Of a DNA stretch of 60,083 nucleotides, positions 1 through 12,583 are shown piece after piece. Below the pieces are notes generated by a model. It was not told where the DNA came from, made no database searches, and worked only from the letters and a program-made list of their open reading frames with translations. The position numbers and the translations under genes were made by a program. The stretch's first letter is position 1. Each line of letters starts with the position of its first letter. This stretch comes from Octopus bimaculoides (taxonomy: Eukaryota), in the NCBI RefSeq assembly GCF_001194135.2, contig NC_068981.1, positions 183,906,959 to 183,967,041 on the forward strand, written 5' to 3'.

Positions 1-27
1 TTTTTTCAGAAATTTTTTTTTTTTTTT

Positions 28-197
28 CTGCAAAATATGCGGGAAAATATGGAGATTATGATTCTGAAATAAATTTCCAAGAATTTTTGTAAAAAATTTT
101 TTTTTCTGTCAAAATATGCGGAAAAATACGGAGATTATGATTTTGAAAAAAAATTTCCGAAAATTTTTCTACTTAGGGTTAGGGTTTTAGGGTTAGG
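28..197. repeat. Two ~78-bp tandem units followed by telomere-like TTAGGG repeats
   Basis: caaaatatgcg..ggagattatgatt(c/t)tgaaa repeated at about 28 and 106; TTAGGG x about 4 (imperfect) at 173-197. Confidence 0.75.
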
Positions 198-705
198 CGC
201 GAAACATTGTCAGGTACACGTTTTATATCCGATGGATGGACTTCATATGTGAGCCTCGACAACATCTATTGCTCAGGAAGTTACCAACCATTCACCCAAT
301 TTTGTTAATCCAAACGATAACAGCATCCATGGACAGATTATTATAGAAGGTCGATAGATGGGTGAGATATTAACCCATCTGGTTAAGGAAACTTAGGCAT
401 GAAATGAATTTACAAATCGTGTAAAATTATTCACTAATCTCATTTCGGTGCATCAATGACTAATTTTTCCCCAGAAATGTGATTGTTTTATACAAAATAT
501 AAGTACGGTTTTCATGTTACATTCGTTAAATCATTGTCATCACTTCCGGTTCTTATCGCAATTTACCTTTTTACGACGGTGAACTACTTATTAACCAAGA
601 ATACCGAAAAGATGTAAAAAGAAAAGTTGAAATCAGTGAGCGTTTGATTCTGTCAATTCGCCATATATTTTCAAAATCATAATCTAGCCCTGACACCAAT
701 ACCCC

Positions 706-990
706 AACGTTTCGGCTGATTTGCTCTCCAGCCTTTATCAGGTGTCCTGGTAGAATTTTGAACCCAACTCTGGGTTCTCATTCCTTAGTTTTTGGGGGGT
801 TTTTTCTGATGTTATTATTTATTCGAGGTACTGCCTGAAATTGAACTCAGAATCTTGGGGTTGCCCCTGGGCTCACGGGCAGAAATCTACCAGTATACCT
901 GATGAAGGCTGGAGAGTAAAATCAGCCAGAATGTTTTGGTAACAAGAAAGATGAGGACACATGTCCGTCCAATGTAAATTCCTCATCTCT
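706..990. mobile_element. Family E inverted-pair element with degenerate minimal hammerhead motifs
   Basis: Minus copy revcomp CTGATAA-A-GGCTG..CAGCC-GAAACGTT (706-741); plus copy CTGATGA-A-GGCTG..CAGCC-AGAATGTT (899-935). Confidence 0.7.
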
Positions 991-1929
991 AATAAATATA
1001 TATATATATAAACAGTAAGTATTATCAGAACGTATAGACGGGCAAAATACAGCTAAGCATTTCGTCTAACGCGCTAACGATTCTACCAACTCAGCGCTTT
1101 AATAACTAGATTAATTATAATAATTTGCTTCTTAATTTAGGAAGAATACCAGAAATTTTTGAAGGGAAGGGAATAGTCGATATCATTTACCCCAGTACTT
1201 GATTCTTGAGATGAAAGGCCAAGTCTACCAGGCTGGAATTCGAACTCCGAACATAAAAGCATGTACTTATCTTGTCTGACACTAACGATTCTGTCACTCT
1301 ACTGAATAATTGTCTTTGACCTTAGCAAAGGGCCAACAATTTTGAGAGAAGGGGTTTAGTCGATATCTCGACCACATTGTCTGGTACTTCATTTTATCAA
1401 CCCCCAAAGGAATGAGAGGCAAAGCTGACCTCGGTGGGATTTGAACCCGGAACGTAAATAGCCAGAACTGGTACATGGCATTTTCAATTCGCCGCTCTGG
1501 TGAATCCCTAATAACGATGCTGTTTATCCGTGTGTGGAGACTGCTGTTTATTCCCAAGTTCGCATTGTGATTAAAAGCTTTCTAGTCTGGGCTTACAATA
1601 TCTCTTATAATCTCTGTTGTTAAAAGAAGGTAAATATGGGTTACTGAATATTTGACTGCTGTTTCTAGTAGATTGATAATGGATCACATGTTTACGTTGT
1701 CGTCTTGGTGTTTCTTTTCTTTGTAAAAAAAAAATGATGTTAATTTATTCATAACCGAATTCCATTGGACGTAACTTCTAACTTGTCAAGTGTGACGATG
1801 TTTATTACTACTAAATAATGTGTGTTTAGTATTTCAATGATCATTGAAATATAATACTTGTAGTTGAAAGGATTATTTATTTTCCCCCTCTATTCGGTAA
1901 TCTCGATATATGATATTATTTACATCATA

Positions 1930-2232
1930 GCCAACTACGCAACAAGGCTAACATGAAACCGTAAGAGAAACTATTGAAGCAATGAAATAGAAATGGCTGG
2001 GTCAAGTTTGTCGCTCTAAACCGACTCAATTGTCAGGATCACTTTGCAATGGGTGCCACAAGGTAAAAGAAGGTGTGGCTGACCAAAGGAAACGCGGCAG
2101 AGAACAATAACAAAAGATCTTCAGAGCAGAGGGTTAACACTGGAACAAACTGTTAAGGACGCTTTCAGTATTAAAAGGTGGAATTGTCTTGCTGTCGCCT
2201 CAGGTGTCACAAGGCACAATGTGAACTGAATG
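1930..2232 (+). mobile_element. RTE-clade LINE 3-prime fragment (degenerate)
   Basis: Frameshifted KWLGQVCR..LQWVPQGKRRCG.PKET.QRTITKDLQSRGLTLEQ..RW matches the RTE ORF2 C-terminal pattern. Confidence 0.7.
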
Positions 2233-2651
2233 TATGAATGAATGATCTCCGGTGAGGGGAAAAGGCAATACATGAAAACACCGCATTACGTAAACTGACA
2301 TTGGTTCCTAGACTCGTGAGGCTCCTGACAACTGATCAGATAAAATGCCTTAAGATAGAATTGGTCGTTGGTAACAACATTTACTGCAAACAAAACTCTA
2401 GGTAAAATTCCGCAATTATACATATGCAATCGTTAATCTAGACACTTTTTTTTATCTCTCCGTTTTTTCCCCTCTATCCATCTGTTTTCTCTCCTCATTT
2501 ATTTCCGTAGAAGAGCTTAGACTCGAAATATCAGAGTTCACTTTCACCTGAGCGTCAAACTAATACAGCTTATTTGTTCTTCCTTCTGTCTATTTCTTTT
2601 TTTTCTTCTTTTTATTTTATTTATTTATTTTTTACAATTTTGAACCATATA

Positions 2652-3123
2652 CAGTAATCACTCGACATATTACGGTTCACCTATCGCACCCTCAATACAT
2701 CGTGGATTTTTTGGGCTAATATATGCGAGTTTATATCGCGGGTTTTTGATATGCGAGTTTATATCGCGGGTTTTTGCGGCCGCTAAGTATTTGTTTTTAG
2801 ATTTTAATTATTTCTGTCGTAAAATAAGCATTTTCACGCCTAAAAATTAATAAAAATACAGTACAGTACTGTATAACACATTGAAATATATTAAAAGAAA
2901 ATACATAGTGTACCGTAGATGAATAAACAAAGAATCGTACATACTGTATGGAAAACGAAACTCGGGAGGCGAGTGTGTCGTGTTGTTTTGCATTTATAAT
3001 AAAATAAATATATACAAATTATAAACATATTTTTTTTAAATATATACAGTACTGTTTCTACTGGATTTTCACCTATCGTGGGGGATTTGGAACGTAACAT
3101 CCGCGATAGTCGAGGGATGACTG
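2652..3123. mobile_element. Tc1/mariner-pogo (Tigger-like) MITE
   Basis: Imperfect TIRs cagtaatcactcgac..cgg / ccgcgatagtcgagggatgactg, TA at both ends; internal 28-bp tandem duplication 2721-2775. Confidence 0.75.
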
Positions 3124-3157
3124 TACAATTAAATGTGCTCTATTATTTTTATTTTAT

Positions 3158-3531
3158 CTTTTACTTGTTTGTCATTTGACTGCGCCCATGCTGGGGCACC
3201 GCCTTGAAGGGTTTTCAGCCGAACAGATCGACCCTAGGACTTATCCTTTTTTTTAAAGCCTAGTACTTATTCTATCGGGCTCATTTGCCAAACTGCTTAG
3301 TTACAGGAACGTAAACACACCACCACCGGTTGTCAAGCGGTGGTGGTGGATAAACACACACACACACACACACACATATATATGACAGGCTTCTTTCAAT
3401 TTCTGTCTACAAAATCCATTCACAAGGCTGTGGTCGGCCCGAGACTATATAGTAAAAGACACTCACCCAAGGTGCTACGCAGAGGGACTGAACCGTGTGG
3501 TTGAGAGGCAACCTCCTTATCCACACAGCCA
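3158..3531 (-). mobile_element. SINE family A (tRNA-derived head, CORE-like ccttgggcaagt block, central TA/CA microsatellite)
   Basis: Aligns by eye with copies at 7220, 9333, 22552 and others. Confidence 0.85.
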
Positions 3532-4230
3532 CAAATACTTTTTTCTTATACAAAAAAAAAAAAGAGCGTTGCGGAGGGTTATTGATTTTCCAAAATATGT
3601 CACTGGTCAAATCACACGCTGCCTGCCATTTAAAGAAAAATGCTCTGGACAATGTAGTTCTAAGTACATCGTGTTTGATAACAGTGTTCCGGGATTAAGC
3701 AATGGCAAAAATGGGGGAAATCCATACTTCCAAACTAAATATGACAATTGTCTATAAATAGCAGAGTGTATATATAGTAGAATGACAGAGAAAGAAATGC
3801 TTGCTCTAAATATCTTAAGCAATCGGTTGCTTAGTATTTTGAGAGTCACTGGAGCTGCTAGCAGTCAAATCTCCGTCGTCACACAGTCTATTTTTACAGT
3901 AAAGGAACACTTCAGTTCAATCCAAGATATTTGCTTTAAAAAAATACGGGATGGTCACCAGTGGAACTTCCTTGATAAATGGTCTGCTCGATGATGGTTG
4001 TCCTGATTTTATGCACCAATACTTATTTGGATTCTTCGTACATATATAATGGTTTCTGATGCAGGCACAATGCCAGCAATTTTCAGGAGAGTGTGTTGTG
4101 TATGTGGGGAGGGGTTAGTCGATATCAACAACTTCAGTACTTGACTTGGATAATGTTGGAAAAAAGACGGGATGGTCACTAGCGGAACGTTTTTGATTAT
4201 TAGTTTGCTTATGGCCGATCTGATCTTTAA

Positions 4231-4982
4231 CCCTTTACGGTCCACCCTTAGAAGGAGATGGCGAAAATTTTTTTCTTTGTACCAAAATGTCTATTAGACA
4301 AAAATATCAAAATGCTGCAAAAAGTTTTTGCCTCAGTTATCCAGATATCAAGATGCTTTTAGTTGCCATATGGCAACTTCGGACTTGAACGGAACAGATT
4401 ACAGTACATGGCGCAGCAACATTTCCTGATCCCTTCTGTTCCTATTAATTACCACGACCTGCCCTATAATTTGCATCTAAAAGGCGGCGAGCTGGCAGAA
4501 AAGTTGTACAACAAACCCAGCTTCCCGCTGGTTAGTAGACCTTATTATAAGCAACTTACAACACATTCCACATATCTATATAAACGTAAACGGTCAATAA
4601 CATGACCAGGCATTACACTTGTTTTTGTAGTAAAATTTACTCCTGAAGTCCATTTGCCATACGGCAACTAAAAGAAAAGCCTTCTTCAGTCACCCTCATA
4701 TTTGTTGCTCTACATGAGAAGTATTTAACACGCAAGTACTAACTTTACCCTGTATAACAGTAATCTGTCAAGAAACATAAACTTGACGTAAATACCAACG
4801 TTGACTGCACTAGCTTTCCAGGCCTACACAAGCTCGCAGTCGCCATCTTGTTATACTAAAAAATCACAAGCATCATGGGAAATTCCGATTACACAATCCA
4901 TCCGACAATGAAAGCAATTTGTGATATTTTCAGGACATAACTTTTTTTAGTTGCAATATGGCAACTATGGGCCGTAAAGGGG
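4231..4982. mobile_element. piggyBac-like non-autonomous element
   Basis: TTAA at 4227-4230 and 4983-4986; TIR ccctttacggtcca / tgggccgtaaagggg. Confidence 0.8.
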
Positions 4983-6040
4983 TTAAGCAAGTGTGACAAC
5001 CCCATCGACTTTGTTTCCTCATAACTTCCAGGAAATTGGATATTTTTTAATAAAATTTCCTACTAATACCTTTCAAAGACCATTTTCCTTTGACGCATTG
5101 TAAAATAACTTTCTAACAGATAGGCATTATAAAATAAGATTTTCTGTAATTATATTTTCATTAACCAAAATGATTTCATTTCAAGCATTGTGTTCCTATG
5201 CTTAAATACGATATTTGAACAATTAAACAGAAAATGTTAATATTTTTTCGTAAAATAATGAATTAGAAGCATAAGACAATCTTTCAGTAAAAGTCTATGG
5301 CGTCATGAGTGTGTGACCTTCTTTCATCTGCTCGACAAAGCTGTACGGTCACGCCTGCACCCAATCATGTATGATGTCATGTACTGATACCGAAATATTG
5401 CCCATAAGGATTTTCTTTTCAGAATAATTTTAAAGGGGTTTTGTTTTGGCCTATAGTTATTCAAAGTGGCGAATTTTAAATGAAAAGCAAAAAAAAAAAA
5501 AAAAGAACTTTAAATATTTCTATAATAAAAAAGCAAAAAGAGCTTCAAATGTTGAAAATTTTATTTAAAAAATACAAATTTAATTACCCAAGAAATGTTC
5601 CAGATATGTCTGTTATTTTATTGCGCTTAACTAGGGCGGCGTGTTAAAAAGCAACTAGCGATTAAAGTCAATTCAACTATAACTACCACGTCTTTTTGTA
5701 TCTAGAAATACATTGTTTAACGTGTCCTTCACTTAGATAAGACAGTGGTGTATAATTTTGAGGAAGATTTTGATTGAAGCGTGTAGAGCAACCACACACG
5801 ATGTCACGATTTTAATAGTAGTGGTGTTGAATACAATTGGACTTGCTTCAGTAAGGAGTGGTCTAGCTTTGTTCTGAATATGAATAGCTGTGTGCCAACA
5901 CAATGTAAAAGGAAGTTTATATAACGAGTTGATACTGCAACGAAGGTTCAGTTCTCAGGTGAAGCATTTTTTCACTTGATCATTGGACGAGATATTTCCG
6001 AATGTTTATTTCATGCTAGAAATCATTATTTTGACAAATA

Positions 6041-6310
6041 GGGGAGGCACGTGGCTTAGTGGTTATGGTGGTGGACAGAGGTTGGACAGAACGTAAGATT
6101 GTAGTTTCGATTCCTGGACTAGGTGACACGTCGTGTTCTTCAGCAAACATTTCATTTCATGTTGCTCCAGTCCACTCAGCTGGCAAAAATGAGTGAATCC
6201 TGCGATGGACCGACGTCCCGTCCGAGGCGGGGGTGCAATATATACGCCATGGAAACCAGGAAATTGGCTCTTATGAGTATTATGACCCGAGATTGAACTT
6301 TACTCTCTAC
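6041..6310 (+). mobile_element. SINE family C (tRNA-like head, ttcttgagcaa..gttgctccagtccactcagctg body)
   Basis: Shared with copies at 12584, 19520, 31780, 32893 and 40262 (minus). Confidence 0.75.
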
Positions 6311-6325
6311 TTAATAAGATTTTTG

Positions 6326-6758
6326 GGTAATTGTTCAGTTTAGAGATATTTTAAAAAGTAAATAAAAATTAAGGGGGAGATAACTAGTAAAAGTGACATA
6401 AATTAGTCACCTTACTGTTTGAACAACATAAATACTGGATATTATTTATTTTGGAATTGACCAGAATGACACGTGGAAGACCAGCGAGACCGCAATTCGT
6501 TGTTCCTGAAATTGAAATCGTCAACCGTGAATCAATCTTGGAATATCACCCAGTTAGCCAAATCACGAGACAAGATTCTTCATTGGTTGGCAAGGCATCG
6601 ACTAATTATGAATTTATACGCGTTCGAAAATTGTAATTCGCCATGTTACCTACAGTATTTGTCGTTTAACAAACAGTAAGTTGACTTGTGTTCCTTTACT
6701 AGTTATCTCCCCCTTAATTTTAATTACTTTTTTAATATCCCTAAACTGAACAGTTACC
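6326..6758. mobile_element. MITE with ~100-bp terminal inverted repeats
   Basis: ggtaattgttcagttta..aagggggagataactagtaaa..cttactgttt mirrored by aaacagtaag..tttactagttatctccccctt..taaactgaacagttacc. No clear TSD. Confidence 0.8.
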
Positions 6759-7219
6759 GGTCTTTGAGTTCCTCCCCTCTCTCTCCAATTCTATATTTCC
6801 CATTGAATCTTCCATTTTACCTTATAATTTAGTTAGGTTTCATGAATCAAAAACATCTTTTGTCAGACTATGCAGAAAACATTACAGAACTATCAAAGGG
6901 ACCTCCATTGAAACATGGAATTTTAACAAAATAGAAAAACCTTCGATAAATTCCTAAACGATGATACCGGACCAGTCAACTATTTCAAGGATACACTCGG
7001 GGGAGATCAGCTGCTTCAGACTCGATCATAAACCAATTTCCAGCCATAAGGAGACAACAAAACTGAAAGTAAATAAAGGCGGTGCTTCAGCATGGCCGAA
7101 GTCCTACAACTGAAACCACTAAAAGAATAAGAGAAAGAATTGTAAGTGAGAGGTATCGGCTGTTAAATACCTGAGTCTGCAAAACAGGGTTTCGGATCTT
7201 TGTGGTTTTCGTCACTGCA

Positions 7220-7616
7220 TACTCTTTATTTTACTCTTTTACTTGTTTCAGTCATTTGACTGCGGCCATGCTGGAGCACCGCCTTTAGTCGAGCAAATCG
7301 ACCCCAGGACTTATTCTTTGTAAGCCTAGTACTTATTCTATTGGTCTGCTTGTTGCCGAACCGCTAAGTTAGGGGACGTAAACACACCAGCATCGGTTAT
7401 CAAGCGATGTTGGGGGACAAACACAGACACACACATATATATATACATATATACGACAAGCTTCTTTCAGTTTCCGTTTACCAAATCCACTCACAAGGCT
7501 TTGGTTGGCCCGAGGCTATAGTAGAAGACACTTGCCCAAGGTGTCACGCAGTGGGAATGAACTCGGAACCATGTGGTTGGTAAGTAAGCTACTTACCACA
7601 CAGCCACTCCTGCACC
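7220..7616 (-). mobile_element. SINE family A, full length
   Basis: Complete reverse complement of the 9333-9719 copy. Confidence 0.9.
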
Positions 7617-9083
7617 TAGCATGTCGAAATCTTTTTTAAAATGTCTTAATGTATCTTAATTGACGCTGAATCCGAATTTGTTATTCATTTATTCCAGAAA
7701 AATTTTGCGATAATTTTCAGAATTTTCAGCCAATAAGAAAACAGCGCGTTCGCTGCCTCTTCTATCATCAGTGGTGTGTGGTGGGGGGCCACCGATATGT
7801 CATACCATTAAACTAAGCTGCAGTTAACAGTGAAAAACATTAAAACATTCGCGACCTTCCAACCAAGTTTCTTTTCAGAGGGACACAGACACGTTGCAGC
7901 CTCTCCAATAATATTTCCCTCGCATTTTTACTTTGTCACTGTTCTAAAAATCTCTATATCGTTCTAGAATCGAATTCCTTCTGTTATGAAAGCAATTATA
8001 GAACACGTGGTGATAAGAATCCTTGTGCGCATGCGCAGCATCTTTGGTTACTATGGAAACGGAGTTCTTAGCATTCTGCTATGGAACACGTGGTGCTTCT
8101 TTTCTTTGGTTACTATGGAAACGGAGTTCTTCGCCACGGTGATGTATAAAATGCTTCTTCTGATTGGCTAAAATATCAAATTTTAAAGGCTAATAACTTT
8201 TTGATTACGGATGTATAGGGAGAATGAACTTCATTTTCATAATTAGTATACAAAACTTAATCCATATACCAAATCTGAAAACAATTGGAACAAAATTGTA
8301 GACTGTGATGAAAACCACAAAGGGGCTTGCTCACGAGTTCTTCCCAAATAGTCTGTGATCGAGATTGCTGTTAGAAAAGTTTTAAAAAGTATTGCTTGTT
8401 GGATCTTTTCAGTTTTGCAAATCAAATCAAATCCTATTGTTTTCAAAATTTCTTTCCAGATTCAATTACTTTTCGTGTTAATTACGAAAATCCTAATTAT
8501 TTTTCAGGGAAGTTTAAAACTAACGAAGTTACAAACTTGAACGATAGGAATTTTGGGGGGAAAGATATTGGTTGTTTTTCTTGTGCTCGTACAATAATAC
8601 ACTTAAAATTAAGATATTCGGTAACTTAATATTGAGCATTCTCGCCAAATATTTAAGAAATATATTACGTCATTATGGACACTCTTATCGTAAACGACAT
8701 GAGCGTTCTGACATTGTTGCTGAGCAATTTGAACAGGTGATTTGTTGAAAGTGATGAAATGTTTGTTTGCTCTGTATATGAGCTCACGTTCTCCACCAAA
8801 TCGGCATCACCTGTGTAGGGCGCACGGTGTGCCACGTGTCGGATGTCGAAGTGACCAGATCGATCGTGCTTTGTGAGGGAAATAGGTTAAACAGAAATTG
8901 TGGAAACTTGTTTAGAGACCCAGGTCCGATTCTTGGATGTATCAACGCCACATTCTGACCATTGTGTGCATTTACTTGAATACATTGTTTTGCGATCATC
9001 ATTCAGATCTTGTCTCAATAATCCCTTTTCAATAATCCCTTTTCATTCTTAGAAATCCTAAAAAGAAAATTTATGTAGCTATA

Positions 9084-9719
9084 AGCGCAGGCATGGCTGT
9101 GTGGTAAGAAGCTAGCTTCCCAACCACATGATTTCAGGTGGTTCAATCCCACCGCGTGGTAACTTGGGCAAATGTCTTCTACTATAGCCTCGGGCCGACC
9201 AAAGCCTTGTGAGTGGATTTGGTAGATTGAAACTGAAAGAAACCCATATATGCGTGTGTTTGTCCCCACGTCATCGCTTGACAAGCGATGCTGGTGTGCT
9301 TATGTCCCCTTAACGCTACGGTTCGGAATAACGGGTACACGGCTGTGTGGTAAGTTGCTTGCTTACCAACCACATGGTTCTGGGTTCATTCCCACTGCGT
9401 GGCACCTTGGGCAAGTGTCTTCTACTATAGTCTCGGGCCGACCAAAGCCTTGTGAGTGGATTTGGTAGACGGAAAACTGAAAGAAGCCCGTCGTATACAT
9501 GTATATACACATACGTTTGTGTGTCTGTGTTTGTTCCCCCAACATCGCTTGACAACCGATGCTGGTGTGTTTACGTCCTCGTAACTTAGCGGTTCGGCAA
9601 GAGGAACCGATAGAATAAGTACTAGGCTTCCAAAGAATAAGTCCTGGGGTCGATTTGCTCGACTAAAGGCGGTGCTCCAGCATGGCCACAGTCAAATGAC
9701 TGAAAAGAGTAAAAGAGTA
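9084..9719 (+). mobile_element. Two head-to-tail SINE family A copies (9084-9328 3-prime truncated; 9333-9719 full)
   Basis: ggctgtgtggtaag head appears twice; second copy ends in the aaagagt tail. Confidence 0.9.
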
Positions 9720-10964
9720 TACGTTAGAAATAGTAAATAAAACTTCTCAGTTCACATTCTACTTTTAAAAATATAATAATGTAGTCCTAGATACACTATT
9801 TCTCGAGAAGGATTAAAGAAAACAATTACTTCGGCTGGGATCTTTTGATCTCGGGTCTCTCTTATCAGATCTGACCTTGTGCTCGCGCCATCGTCATACG
9901 TTTTCCGTTCTTCTTGATTTTCAAAGAGGTAAATTGGTAGAGTCGTTATGGTCGTTAAATGAAATGCCTTGGCGATATTTGTTACACCGTTCTGCTTCCT
10001 GAGTTCAAATCCTGCTGGCTTTTAAGCTTATTTATTTATTTATTTATTTGTCGTTCATCCTTTCAGAGCCGAAGGCAATGACTGAATTGGTTGAATTGTT
10101 AGTGCTGTCGTACAGCGTGTTTTGCAATACTTATTCCGAATGTTTTAAACTCTGAGTTCAAATTCTACATCAATTTGTTGCTTAAATCCTCTGGAAAATT
10201 CATCCATATTGCTATTTTACTTTCAGCTTACCTTAAATAGATCTATCTGGTTCCTCCATTCAATGACTATATCTGGCTGAGAAATCAATTGACTCTAACC
10301 ATCATACCAGTTTGTCGGAGTGATAAATACACATTATTTTCTTTGTGTCTGCGTATTGATTCATATATATATATATATATATATGCATTTCTGAACCTGT
10401 TTAGTAACAAATGGCCAATATTTGAATATGTGTGGATGAACGAAATCATTTGTATATTCTATTCAATATGTTCAAACCTCACCTACTTACATATTTATAC
10501 AAGCTCCAATATTCTCACTATTACAACCACTATTTTGCTTTTTGACTAACAAACAGGAAGTTGTTTGTGTTGTATACATTTGTGCTTTCTTAATTTCTTA
10601 AGAACTGAACATGTTGGCGTGTATAACATGCTTATNNNNNNNNNNATATATATGAATGAATGTGCATATATACATACATGTATACACATATATTCATTCA
10701 TAAGCTGTTTGTAGTAATTGCACGAGTTTAACCTCTCTCTTCTTGCAAACTAACATTAAACTCACATATAAGGGCGCAATACTTCTAATTCTAAAGTCGA
10801 CCTCGTTCTGAGATCAAATTCCGCCAAGGTCAACTTTGCCTTTCATCCTTTTGGGGTCGGGGTCGATCTAATCGATTGACCCCTCTCCCCCAAAATTTCG
10901 GGCGTTGTGCCTAGAGTAGAAAAGAATACTTCTAATTCATTCCCTTTCCATTTTTTCTCTCTAT

Positions 10965-11045
10965 CACACACACGTATACGTACATCAATAGTACACACAC
11001 ACATACGTACGTCAATAACACACACACACACATACGTCCGTCAAT

Positions 11046-11082
<37 letters not shown>

Positions 11083-11520
11083 ATACGTACGTACAATAGT
11101 ATACACACACGTATACGTACAATAGTATACACACTCGTATACGTACGTCAATAGTATACACACACATACGGACGTCAATTGTACACACACACGTATACGT
11201 ACATCAATAGTATACACACACACACTTATACGTACGTCAATGGTATACACACATACGGACGTCAATAGTACACATACACATATACGTACATCAATAATAT
11301 ACACACACATGTATCCGTACATCAATAGCATACACACACACACATCCGTACATCAATAGTATGTACGTACACACACAATATACTACGTCAATAGTATACA
11401 CACACATATACGGACGTCGATAGTACACATACACACGCGCATACGTACATCAATAGTATGTACGTACGTACGTACACACACACACCCACACAAAACATAC
11501 GTACGTCCAATGGTACACGC
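10965..11520. repeat. Compound minisatellite, ~26-30 bp unit (ca)n-cgtatacgtac(a/g)tcaatagta
   Basis: Many degenerate tandem copies are directly visible. Confidence 0.9.
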
Positions 11521-12583
11521 TCGCTCGCCGCATAATACACATTCACGATGCAATATCAACAAAGACAGTAACATCCTGTTTAAGATTATTTTCTCTTGAA
11601 GGATTTCCAAACTTAAGACATGGCTTTTAACTTCAGATTAGGGTCAGCTGGATGTTAGTAGAGCGGTTGAAAGACAACAGGTATTTATTTGTCTTGTGTC
11701 AGGTTACTCTGGTACATTGGCTCTAGTCGTTAGGACGATGTATATCAAATTGACACCTTATATTTACTTTGCTAGAAATAGCAACCTAATCCCCTTCAAA
11801 CCCATTCCCATTATCTTAAACTAAGGACGATATAATAATAGTCGATGTAAATGTTGGTTAACTGGTTGATTTTCTCCATTGACGCTTTACATGGTAAAAA
11901 TATGGGAAGCGTGAGAGAGATTCATGGTTAACGTAAGAGGTGCCACATGAATGCACACACTAGGCTTGGTGGAAGGCAATGAGTAAAAGAACGCTACACA
12001 CACGTTGAGAAAGAGTTTTACAGACGGAAGAGGAAGAGAGTAACAAAGTAGTTATAGTTGTACAAATGAATAATTCGTTGCGATTATATTTTATTAATTT
12101 TGTTTTTGAAAATTATCATTAGTCATCGTTTTGTATAGGCACCAAGAAATTTGATCAAGTTGTAATTGTTGAACATACACCATATTTCCCGATATGCATG
12201 ATGGTAAAAGTATACGTTCACATTTAACATGTCGTATGACATATATATAGTTCAGATTTGTACAAAAAACAGTTGAGGAGACAAACAAGGTACCTGTATT
12301 CGTTTGACGCTTAGGAAAATGGAAGTCTTTGACGTTTCGGGCCTAAGCTTTTCTACAGAAAGACATGAGAGGAAAAACGTGTCTGGATTCACTGTTGTGT
12401 GTGTGTGATATATATCCTTGATTTCCTCTATATATCACAACCAGTAAAACACTAAGTATAGCAGTGATGAAACCACTGTACTAGAAGCAGATTGGATGAT
12501 GATAAAAATCTACTTGGAGTTTTAAATTCAACAGCAGCAGTCGTACATCTAACTGCACACACACACACACACAGTGTAAAGTA

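Noticed and set aside
6041-6125. tRNA genes at SINE heads (also 9333, 19520, 46334)
   Set aside because: A/B-box-like motifs are present, but I could not build a cloverleaf, and each continues into a SINE body.
8700-9005. GC-richer unique-looking segment as a coding exon
   Set aside because: None of the frames I translated gave a recognisable protein or consistent splice sites.
10843-11610. Cys/Val/Tyr-rich ORFs (also 35587, 43509-43853)
   Set aside because: Translations of microsatellite and minisatellite DNA.
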